Of a stretch of 64,000 bases of DNA, positions 55,467-64,000 are shown piece by piece. Below the pieces are notes generated by a model. That model saw nothing but the letters and a program-made list of their open reading frames with translations. It was not told the DNA's origin and did no database searches. The position numbers were made by a program, and so were the translations under genes. The DNA is from Emiliania huxleyi CCMP1516. Its lineage: Eukaryota. Location of the stretch: the NCBI RefSeq assembly GCF_000372725.1, contig NW_005201732.1:1-64000 (forward strand), given 5' to 3'. Position 1 is the first letter of the stretch, and every line of letters starts with the position of its first letter.

Positions 55467-58105
55467 TCCAGATCTGCTCTCCACAACAGCTGCTGTCACT
55501 GATATCTGATTGTTTGTCCTTGGTCAGAAAGAAAGAAAGAAAACAGACAACCCAAACGAGGGATAGGGGAGGAGGACAGGGTCCCCACCTGCACGAGCAG
55601 GATTTTGGAAGGACGATCAGGGGCACAGGTGGGGCTCTCCAGCTCCTGAGACCTGACTGTCCTTGGTCACGCAAGCGCACGCCGCACGGTCGTCCATCAC
55701 ACGGCTACTCAATCGTGTTCGACGTCGTCGAACAATAACGGCACCGTGCTCGACTTCGCCCGCGGTCTTTATTTGACACGTGACTCACTTTCGTCTCCCC
55801 TCGGATCTCCATCTGCATCTCGACACGTCGACACGGAGTCACGGACAGGCGGGCGGGGGCCCGCCGGCGCCGCTCGCCTTCTTTCTTTGCGGAGTTCTTA
55901 CTTGTTTGTGAGCAGCGCTAAGTCCCAGATCTGCTCTCCACAACAGCTGCTGTCAACTGACATCTGATTGTCTTGTCCTTGGTCAGAAAGAAAGAAAGAA
56001 AACAGACAACCCAAACGAGGGATAGGGGAGGAGGACAGGGTCCCCACCTGCACGAGCAGGATTTTGGAAGGACGATCAGGGGCACAGGTGGGGCTAAGGG
56101 TCCCCACCTGCACGAGCAGGATTTTGGAAGGACGATCAGGGGCACAGGTGGGGCTCTCCAGCTCCTGAGACCTGACTGTCCTTGGTCACGCAAGCGCACG
56201 CCGCACGGTCGTCCATCACACGGCTACTCAATCGTGTTCGACGTCGTCGAACAATAACGGCACCGTGCTCGACTTCGCCCGCGGTCTTTATTTGACACGT
56301 GACTCACTTTCGTCTCCCCTCGGATCTCCATCTGCATCTCGACACGTCGACACGGAGTCACGGACAGGCGGGCGGGGGCCCGCCGGCGCCGCTCGCCTTC
56401 TTTCTTTGCGGAGTTCTTACTTGTTTGTGAGCAGCGCTAAGTCCCAGATCTGCTCTCCACAACAGCTGCTGTCACTGATATCTGATTGTTTGTCCTTGGT
56501 CAGAAAGAAAGAAAGAAAACAGACAACCCAAACGAGGGATAGGGGAGGAGGACAGGGTCCCCACCTGCACGAGCAGGATTTTGGAAGGACGATCAGGGGC
56601 ACAGGTGGGGCTCTCCAGCTCCTGAGACCTGACTGTCCTTGGTCACGCAAGCGCACGCCGCACGGTCGTCCATCACACGGCTACTCAATCGACGTGTTCG
56701 ACGTCGTCGAACAATAACGGCACCGGGGTGAAATTCTCAAAAAGGTGCAGCACTTCTAGCCGACATCGACAAAAGTCCCTCTCTAGCCCCGCGGCGAGCG
56801 GCCCCGCCGGAGGCGAAGAAAATTTCGCCATCTAGCGCTCGCAACACATAGATTTGTGCATAAATCAACACCTCCAATCTTCGGGGGAGTGACGGATAAA
56901 GGCGTGCGAAATGAATCCGAAAGCAGCGAATCCAAGTGATGGCCCGCCGCAGGCGAAGAAAATTTAGGGTTGGGGTTCCCCTATGCCAAAGAACTCGGAG
57001 AGGATTTCGGCGGCCGGCGCCGAGCACAGCGGTTCGCGCTGCCTGCTCGCGCTGGTTACACCGTTGCTGTGGCCGTCTTCGTCCGTATTGTACACCGAGC
57101 TGGCGCCACAGCAGAGTACAACAACGGCTCGGACGAACTGCTCCACGGTACTACATCATCAGAGGGCCCGGCAAGGTCCACGGCGGAGCTGGCGGTGGTG
57201 GGAGTGGTGGTAGGAACGAAGGCGCACCTGTCGGCGATTCACCGCCGTTCGTTCCCGTCTCTCAAAGCTGGTTACACCGTCGATGCGCACATCGAGGCGC
57301 TCGTGGACGAGAGAGACGTCGCCTCCTCTTTCGTCCCGGGGCACTGTTCACGCCGGAAGGCCCCGTACACTGCCAAGTACATTAGCCTTCATCTCTCCTA
57401 CCGCCGGCCGGGTGCAGCCGCCACCAGTGAGATTGTCCTCGACGTTGGCACCTGCGAAGTAATGAACAACAGGCAGTGCGTCATATGGCGCTATGATAGC
57501 CCTGCGGTGGACGTCCTCGACGCAGACGAGGCGGAGCTCATCTGCGCGGCGCAGATCGCCGACTGTCTCTCCCTCCCTGCGCGAGTGGTTGCACCACCCT
57601 GGATGAGGCATCTGGGCTGGGGCAGGGCCGTTAGTAGAGGAGGGCGACTGAGGGCGCGAGGCCGCCAATCGTCAAAGTCTGCTGCGACTGACTGTCGGTC
57701 ACTGACTGAGCAATGAGCAATCGCATCGGCGGTTTCACTCACGCTCACAATCGGGTTACATCCAGGTCTCTGTGCGGGATGTGCTGGGGGGCTGCCCCCC
57801 AGTCGATTGCCGCATAGTTCGTCGATGTAACCCTACCAGAAAGCTGTATTCACACCTACCCTTCCAAAAAAAGAAATGTCCCTGCTTTTGTCGAAGATCC
57901 GGCGGGTTTATCGGAGCATCACCCACCGTGCTCGACTTCGCCCGCGGTCTTTATTTGACACGTGACTCACTTTCGTCTCCCCTCGGATCTCCATCTGCAT
58001 CTCGACACGTCGACACGGAGTCACGGACAGGCGGGCGGGGGCCCGCCGGCGCCGCTCGCCTTCTTTCTTTGCGCGGAGTTCTTACCGTTGTTTGTGAGCA
58101 GCGCT
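55467..58105. repeat. Tandem array of ~460-520-bp units (3 units; the third interrupted by a 1.2-kb insertion)
   Basis: CCAGATCTGCTCTCCACAACAGCTGCTGTCA begins at ~55468, ~55926 and ~56445. Unit 2 has an internal ~59-bp duplication. Unit 3 resumes at 57925. Confidence 0.95.
56726..57924. mobile_element. Putative non-autonomous DNA transposon insertion: GGGTGA...TCACCC termini, 4-bp ACCG target-site duplication
   Basis: The empty site in sister units reads AACGGCACCGTGCTCGAC. Here it reads CACCG|GGGTGA...TCACCC|ACCGTGCTCGAC. Confidence 0.8.
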
Positions 58106-58182
58106 GTGTGTGTGTTGATGCGAGTATTCTAGCTGATGTGAGTATGCCAAAAGGGGCTGACGTCAAACCCGCCTTGGGGACT

Positions 58183-58794
58183 TTAGAGCTTTGAGTAGGC
58201 CGCCAATCTCATCAGGCCGCCGCTGCCGCTGAGGCCGAGCAAGGCTGCCTGGCGCCGCTTGAGGCGCGAGAACTCTCGACTGATCCACTCGTGGATGTGA
58301 TCGGGGTACGAGATGGCGGAGACCTGGTCGATGGCTCCCTGCTCCCACTGGCGAAGTATCACCTTGTACGCCGAGACGTGCGCGACGAGCTGCAGCAGCG
58401 TGGGCTCGATCGAGGTGCCCTCGAGCAGGTCCGCGCGCGCGATGATGAGGTCGGCCGCCTTGGCGCTCAGTGGCAGCAGCACCTCCCGAACCCACTGCCG
58501 GTAGGCGCATGCGGCCGGCCCATGCGGATCGCGCCGGACCGCCGCGCGAAAGTCCGCTGCGCTCGGGCACTGGTCCGTAGCACTGCCGCTGAACTGGCGC
58601 ACCATCGCCTCGTACGAGCTCTTGCTCGCGGTGACGCACGCGAGAAGAGGCCCATACAGCGACTGCAGCTGCTGCGAGACGCGCGAGACGAGCGACTTGT
58701 GCTGCTCGGAGCGCAGCGTGTGCAGCGTCGTAAAGACGTAGGAGAGGCACGCGAGCAGGATCGGCATGACGGTGGTCGGGTCAAGGTTGGGCAT
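58183..58794 (-). CDS. Uncharacterised 203-aa protein with an N-terminal hydrophobic helix and C-terminal SKL (PTS1)
   Basis: Clean ORF with protein-like composition (QLQSLYGPL, YRQWVREVLLPL, LVAHVSAYK). Ends in YSKL. Confidence 0.75.
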   Translation of the reverse strand: MPNLDPTTVMPILLACLSYVFTTLHTLRSEQHKSLVSRVSQQLQSLYGPLLACVTASKSSYEAMVRQFSGSATDQCPSAADFRAAVRRDPHGPAACAYRQWVREVLLPLSAKAADLIIARADLLEGTSIEPTLLQLVAHVSAYKVILRQWEQGAIDQVSAISYPDHIHEWISREFSRLKRRQAALLGLSGSGGLMRLAAYSKL

Positions 58795-59194
58795 GGCGGC
58801 GGTGTCAGATCTTCGTGGGTGTGAGACGCTGGCTGGTGTCAGATCTTCGTGGGAGGGACGGAGAGGGAGGGAGTGGCAGAGAGACGAAGCAGCGGAGGCC
58901 CGTGCCTAAACGTCCCGGGCCGGGCCAGCGCGCCCAGGGAGGGGTGATCGCGGAGCTATGAATGAACCAGAGATCGCCGTACAACAACTGCCACGCCGGT
59001 ATAACGCTTCCCAAACACACTCGTACCATCCTTCGATTGCGCGCCCACACCCCACAGGTCGGGCCCGCTCGGGCCCCTGTGTGTAGACGCTATATCCTAT
59101 CAACAGGTCGCCCTCAGAAGAGGTGATCGTTTTACAGTGTGAACCACACCTGCACATTCGCGACCACATGCACATGCTAACAGTGCTCGCTGCA

Positions 59195-60724
59195 TCAGGT
59201 ACACTCATCGCGTCCCTTGTCGTCGCGGACCGAGCCTTCCTTCGCGGGACAGCGGGCCTCCTGTAGCCCTAGGGTGTCGGCATCGTGCATGCGGCGGAAG
59301 AGTCCAGTGACGTTGATGTTGAGGCGCCTTCCTTTTGCTAGCACAGCAGCTACCAGGAAGCTCAGAGCCGTGCAGCCTGCCGCTACCTGACCTGCCGCAG
59401 CCTGCCGCTCTGTGCGTGTGTACTCACCTTCCACCACACGCGAGCAGCCGACCGTGCCGTATTGCCGCACCGACTCGTGTGTGGTTGGCGACCTCTCCGC
59501 CTTCAGATAGCACTGGCGCCACTTGTTGTACACGACAGCCACGCACGAGGCCCCATGGCGCACGCACAGCTCTTGGCAGCTGCGTCTCGTTTGCGCAGAC
59601 ATCGTGCGGCAGCCTGGCTTGTTCGCGGAGTTATGGCTGTCAGGCACGCAACGTCCCACATAGTTGACCCCGGCTTCGCAGGTGAAGCCGTCCACCGTCG
59701 AGTCGTCTGGCCCACTCCAGCGTGCCCACGAGTCGACGATCGCCGGCACGCGCATCCATAGCCGGCGCACCTCCTCGCGGTATAGGATGGAGAGCACGCC
59801 GTCCGACCAGCTCGCCGCCTTGAGCCGTCGTGCCGCCGGATGCCATGAAGTCCGTCGAGCGATGGCGCTCAGCGCTGCGAGGCTCTCGCCGCTCCACTGC
59901 ACGGTCGGCAGTCCGAGGAAGCGACGGATGCGCGAGGCAGTCGCCGGCGTGTCGGCTACGACGCCTTCCATTCCGAGCACAAGCACCGATCCGCCAAAGC
60001 TTCGCTCCCAGGCGGCGAGCTTGTCCGTCACAAACCCGCGCGCGAGGTATTGTTTACAGCTGCCGCACCACGTCCCGTTGGTATGGTAATTCCAGCGGAG
60101 CCAGTCGCGCCGCCAGTGCCTCAAGCACTGTGAGCCATTCTCCGTGATTCCGAGCGCCGCAACGGCCCCCTTTGGCGCATACCACGGCTGGATGCTCGCC
60201 GCGACCTGGAGTGCGAGATCCGACGCCCTTGCAGGCCGCGCCGCTCCTGCCGTGGCGGCGTCCGAGCACCGATGCCACAGGTCTTCGAGCTCTTCTCTCA
60301 CCGCCCTGTCGAAGCTGCGCAGATCGCCCGATGGCTCAGTCGGCACAAGCGATCCTTTTTGATTCTGCGCCCATGCTGCATAGGCCCGATCAACCGGGTC
60401 GCGCAGGGTGATGAGCAGCGCCGCCCGCGGCAGTGTAAAGTGCAGCGATCCCCAGATGTGAGCGTTTTGGAAATAGTCCGGCGACCCGTCCACAAGCCAG
60501 CCGTCTGAAGCATATTGGTCGAGGAGCTGTTTGCAGTGGACGGTGTCGCGATGGGAGCCTGAGCAGTCATTGTCCTCGAAGAAATGCAGCTCCTTTGTAC
60601 GGTACGCTGGGTGTGTATTGGGTAGCCTCAGCGCCAGAAGCAGCACAGCGTGCAGCAGCGTCGTGCCTGCCTTCTGGACGCCAATGACGAGGGCGGACCG
60701 CGTACGGTTGGCGTCGTCGGTCAT
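59195..60724 (-). CDS. Sulfotransferase (heparan-sulfate O-sulfotransferase-like) with C-terminal PAN/apple domain
   Basis: 5'-PSB motif IGVQKAGTT, KELHFF, DGSPDY and 3'-PB motif LRDPVDRAY. PAN-like CQELC..CVAVVY..CYLK. Confidence 0.85.
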   Translation of the reverse strand: MTDDANRTRSALVIGVQKAGTTLLHAVLLLALRLPNTHPAYRTKELHFFEDNDCSGSHRDTVHCKQLLDQYASDGWLVDGSPDYFQNAHIWGSLHFTLPRAALLITLRDPVDRAYAAWAQNQKGSLVPTEPSGDLRSFDRAVREELEDLWHRCSDAATAGAARPARASDLALQVAASIQPWYAPKGAVAALGITENGSQCLRHWRRDWLRWNYHTNGTWCGSCKQYLARGFVTDKLAAWERSFGGSVLVLGMEGVVADTPATASRIRRFLGLPTVQWSGESLAALSAIARRTSWHPAARRLKAASWSDGVLSILYREEVRRLWMRVPAIVDSWARWSGPDDSTVDGFTCEAGVNYVGRCVPDSHNSANKPGCRTMSAQTRRSCQELCVRHGASCVAVVYNKWRQCYLKAERSPTTHESVRQYGTVGCSRVVEGEYTRTERQAAAGQVAAGCTALSFLVAAVLAKGRRLNINVTGLFRRMHDADTLGLQEARCPAKEGSVRDDKGRDECT

Positions 60725-61922
60725 CGTCGATTCGGCAGCGCGTTGGGGTAATGGCAATCTCGAGCCTCACAATGTGCTCGCCCGGCGCGCCGGCGTTGTG
60801 CTTCAAAAAAGAAAGAATCCGTTGAGCTCCCCGGAGGCTGGATGTGCGGTTAATGACTGCACTCCAAGTGCTCCAAGTCTAGACAGGGTTGTGGCTCCAC
60901 GGTTGTGTCTTTGCGATGGATTTTCTTGTCAGTGTCTTTTTGGCCACACGCATGCAAGCTGCAGCACGGCCCACTCGTGCCGCTCTCAGGCGCATCAACA
61001 CCCTTGTGCTTGTCTCACCCGTCAGGGGCAAGATGTCTGGCCTTTACCTCAACCGTGTCTACGGCGACCGCCCGGTCAGAAAGCATGGGCCATGGCTGCA
61101 CCGCTCCTGATGAGTAATTGGACCTAAATTGGCGAAACTCGGCGGGCACGCACGCACTTATCGCTCGACGCCCGCCGCCTGACGAGTGGGATGCGTGCGA
61201 CTGGCATCCGGCGCAACGACGACCAGACGCTACTAGACCCCAGCGTCATGGCTGCATTCGGCCGAAGCAACGACGTCGTACGCTGTCGAGGAACAGATAT
61301 CAAGCCGCGGCCCTACACCCCTCGAGAGAAAGACAAACAGGGGCGACATCGCGGCAACGAGCAGGATCACATGGGCGGGGCTAGGGCGGAGATGGCTCTC
61401 CTGCGCCTGCTCACCTTCCCGCCCGCTCGGGCGCTGCCGTGGTGTTGGCAACCCGCCCGGCTTGGACAGGGGCTGGTAGGGCGCATGGGCGTCACCGTCA
61501 GCTAAACTGAGATTTATTGTGCACATGGTTGGCCGGTCTACAATATAGATAGACACTTCACCTCCTAGTACCTAGAGCTCGTCCCGGTCCGCCACGGCCA
61601 TCCTCGGCCTCCGGAGGATGGCCCCCGCCCCCCGGCCGCGGCGCGGTGCGGCGGCGTCACAAATCCCACGGCAGAGGGTGGCAGAGCACCGGGCGGGACC
61701 ACGGGCGGGTGATCTGAGGTCCATTCATTCCAACTAGGCGTATACATTGCCTACCCAGGGCTATCACCTGGACCTATCAACAGGCGCCTGCGGCGCCGCG
61801 CGAGCTGCTATGCTCCAACGGTGACTAAAATCATGTTGTAGAATGTTACAATCATGTTGTAGAATACTCCTTCCAATATCCGGCCTTCCCTTCAATCTTG
61901 CATAGCATCGACGGCGCGAGTA

Positions 61923-62711
61923 ATGCGACTTGCAGTGGCACAGGTCTACTCCACCCCCGACAGTATCGATGTTGCGAGACGCAGCTGGCTCGCCGGCGTC
62001 CCTGCCATCTTTGCCGGGGACCTTGAGGATTCTTCACGAAATCTGAGGTTTGTGCCTGGGCAGGACGCCTTTGCCCGTCGGTATGGGCCTTCGAACCACA
62101 AGTTTGACAACCGGCCCCTCGCGCTTATTCGGCTCGCCAACCGCACGCTTGAGTTTGACTGGCTCCTTGTCGGCGACATGGACACCTGCTTCCATGTCGA
62201 CGCCTTGAGAGCTGCGCTGTCGCCCATCAATCCGGCTCGCCGGCACTTTCTTGGCATGCCGGCACCGCCGGGTCAGACGAGTTGCAGCAGCGGGAAAAGT
62301 ATACTTGCGGGAAAATGCTGCTCTATCCAAGACCTCGTACACTTCTCCGACTGTGTGCTGACTGTGCGCAGAGCGCGGCACTTCCGCAACAGCTCCATCA
62401 AACACCCGCACGTTGCAAACGGGCGCGGTTATGTCTATGCATTTCCTCACGGGGGCGCTGGCTACGTCCTATCGAGCGGACTGCTCCGGGCCATCTCGGA
62501 GGCGCAATGGAGCACTTGCGAGTCGGAGCTCCTCGAGGGCGGCGGCGACCTGCGGGTGGGTGCCTGCGTGTACCACACCACCGGAGTGGGGCTGACAGAG
62601 CTACCTGGTTTGCTCGGGAATCTCAGCAGGCACAAGGAGGTCTGTCCGTTTAGTAAGAGCCGTGTAGGCCCGCACTTTCGAACTCGCGCAACCGCGCGGT
62701 GGGTGCTATAG
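61923..62711 (+). CDS. Fringe-like/GT31 glycosyltransferase
   Basis: RRSW, FDWLLVGDMDT (DxD), HGGAGYVLSSGLL and GDLRVGAC. The 5' end may be incomplete. Confidence 0.8.
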   Translation: MRLAVAQVYSTPDSIDVARRSWLAGVPAIFAGDLEDSSRNLRFVPGQDAFARRYGPSNHKFDNRPLALIRLANRTLEFDWLLVGDMDTCFHVDALRAALSPINPARRHFLGMPAPPGQTSCSSGKSILAGKCCSIQDLVHFSDCVLTVRRARHFRNSSIKHPHVANGRGYVYAFPHGGAGYVLSSGLLRAISEAQWSTCESELLEGGGDLRVGACVYHTTGVGLTELPGLLGNLSRHKEVCPFSKSRVGPHFRTRATARWVL

Positions 62712-62859
62712 TAGGAGGCCGCTGACGAAGTTCTGCATAGGCCATCAGCGCACAGCGCTTAGTCGACGTCTCGATGTCTCTGGTGTATCAAAAAATGCAA
62801 ACCCTGGGTCTACAAAATTTCTTCTTGAACGGGCAGCATATTCTCCCTCTCACAATTCC

Positions 62860-63036
62860 ATGGGCACATACACCGTCGACCTCGGGCCCGAGGACCACCG
62901 GGAGCTAGCGGCGCACGCGTTCGCCCCCTCGAGTGCGTCCCGCCTGCGCTCCCTGAAGCGCGTCTACGACCCCGGCCGGCTCTTTGCGCACTGCCTGCCG
63001 CTGGCGGCGGGGCACAGTTGTTTAATCCAGAAATAA
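62860..63036 (+). pseudogene. Orphan C-terminal BBE-domain fragment of an FAD-linked oxidase
   Basis: 58-codon frame containing RLRSLKRVYDPGRLF. No FAD-binding domain seen upstream. Confidence 0.55.
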
Positions 63037-63079
63037 TTCTTTTTCTGACGCAGCCGCGGACTAGCTAGCCGCCTGATAT

Positions 63080-64000
63080 ATGCCCGAGCCGCAGCAGCCA
63101 GACGCGCGGAGCGCGCCGCTGCTTGACCCTGAGAACGCCGTGAGGTGCGACACCGAGGGCGAAGCAGCCTCTGGCCCGTCGCCTCAAGCCAGCGAGGCGC
63201 CGCCGCCGGCCACAAAGGGCTCCGGCTCCGCGGCTCTGGTGTTTGTGCTCTGGAACACGATGATGGGATCGACGCTGCTCGTGATGCCCTCTTGCTTCCG
63301 CGAGTCGGGCTGGCTCCTCGGCCTCGTCCTCGCGGTGCTCTGCGCCGGCGTCTCGCAGTACACGTGTGGCGTCGTGCTGCTGCACGGCATGCGGCTGCCA
63401 GACCCGCAGGCCGAGGTGGCGGACCTGGCGCACGCGTACCTCGGGCGGTATGGCTGGGGCGCCACGCTCTTCGCCTCGGTCGGCGTCTGCTTCGGCGCCG
63501 CGTGCGCGATGCACGGCTACCTCGCCACGTCTCTCAACGACCTGCTGGTCGACTCTCGAGAGCAAGGCGGGCTCGGCCTCGCCTCCGCGTGGACGTCGCT
63601 CTCGCCGAACCCTAAGGGCGTGGCGGCGGCGCTTGTGCTGGCACTGCTCCTCCCGCTCTGCTCGCTGCGCTCGATGGCGCTGCTCGCGCGCCTCAACGGC
63701 GTCGGCATCGCCTGCCTCTTTTTGATCCTCGCCTTCATCGGTGCCTCGGCCGTCGCAAACGGCCTCGCGCCAGAGGCGCTCGCGCCAGCCTCGCTCGCGC
63801 AGCCGTCGCTCAAGGTGCTCGGCACGCTCGCCCTCTCCTTCTTCATCCACTCGATCGCCATCACCATCTTCCGCGCCGCAGCCACGCCCGCGCACAATGC
63901 GCGCAACCTCGGCGCCGCCTCTCGAGCGCAGCCTGGGGAGATCGGCCGAGATCAGCCGAGGTGCACCCGAGAGGGAGCGAGATGTAGGCGCCGCCTATGC
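63080..64000 (+). CDS. SLC38A9-like amino acid transporter (Aa_trans family), partial; GC-AG intron 63912-63987
   Basis: VFVLWNTMMGSTLLVMP..SGWLLG..QYTC and TLALSFFIHS..HNARNL. Runs off the window end. Confidence 0.85.
   Translation, partial: MPEPQQPDARSAPLLDPENAVRCDTEGEAASGPSPQASEAPPPATKGSGSAALVFVLWNTMMGSTLLVMPSCFRESGWLLGLVLAVLCAGVSQYTCGVVLLHGMRLPDPQAEVADLAHAYLGRYGWGATLFASVGVCFGAACAMHGYLATSLNDLLVDSREQGGLGLASAWTSLSPNPKGVAAALVLALLLPLCSLRSMALLARLNGVGIACLFLILAFIGASAVANGLAPEALAPASLAQPSLKVLGTLALSFFIHSIAITIFRAAATPAHNARNLGAASRAQPGEIGRDQPRCTREGARCRRRLC

Noticed and set aside
55467..56725. Possible CRISPR array
   Set aside because: Units are ~460-520 bp and near-identical throughout, with no unique spacers and no cas genes.
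60889..61505. Short ORFs between the sulfotransferase and GT31 genes
   Set aside because: Fragmented, with no recognisable motif.

Overview
GC-rich eukaryotic genomic DNA with short introns, many using GC-AG splice sites. It is most consistent with a haptophyte alga such as Emiliania/Gephyrocapsa huxleyi (inference). There is one 100-N assembly gap. Genes in order: a disrupted fibrocystin-L/PKHD1L1-like surface protein with Ser-Pro repeats; a Frag1/DRAM-like membrane protein; a 4.4-kaa AT-less modular type I PKS ending KS0-ACP-TE-ACP-C; enolase; a short Chorein_N/VPS13-like protein; serine O-acetyltransferase; an F-box/SNF2 ATPase; two inverted prolyl 4-hydroxylase paralogs sharing an identical 1079-bp tract; an ASCH-UIM-IMPACT fusion; phosphoserine phosphatase; a MUS81-like nuclease with an apparent fused EME1-like domain and an intron that looks born from a tandem duplication; a C69 peptidase; a tandem repeat interrupted by a TIR/TSD-bounded insertion; a PTS1-bearing protein; a sulfotransferase-PAN gene; a GT31 glycosyltransferase; and an SLC38A9-like transporter. 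All domain calls come from recognising motifs by eye. No database searches were run.
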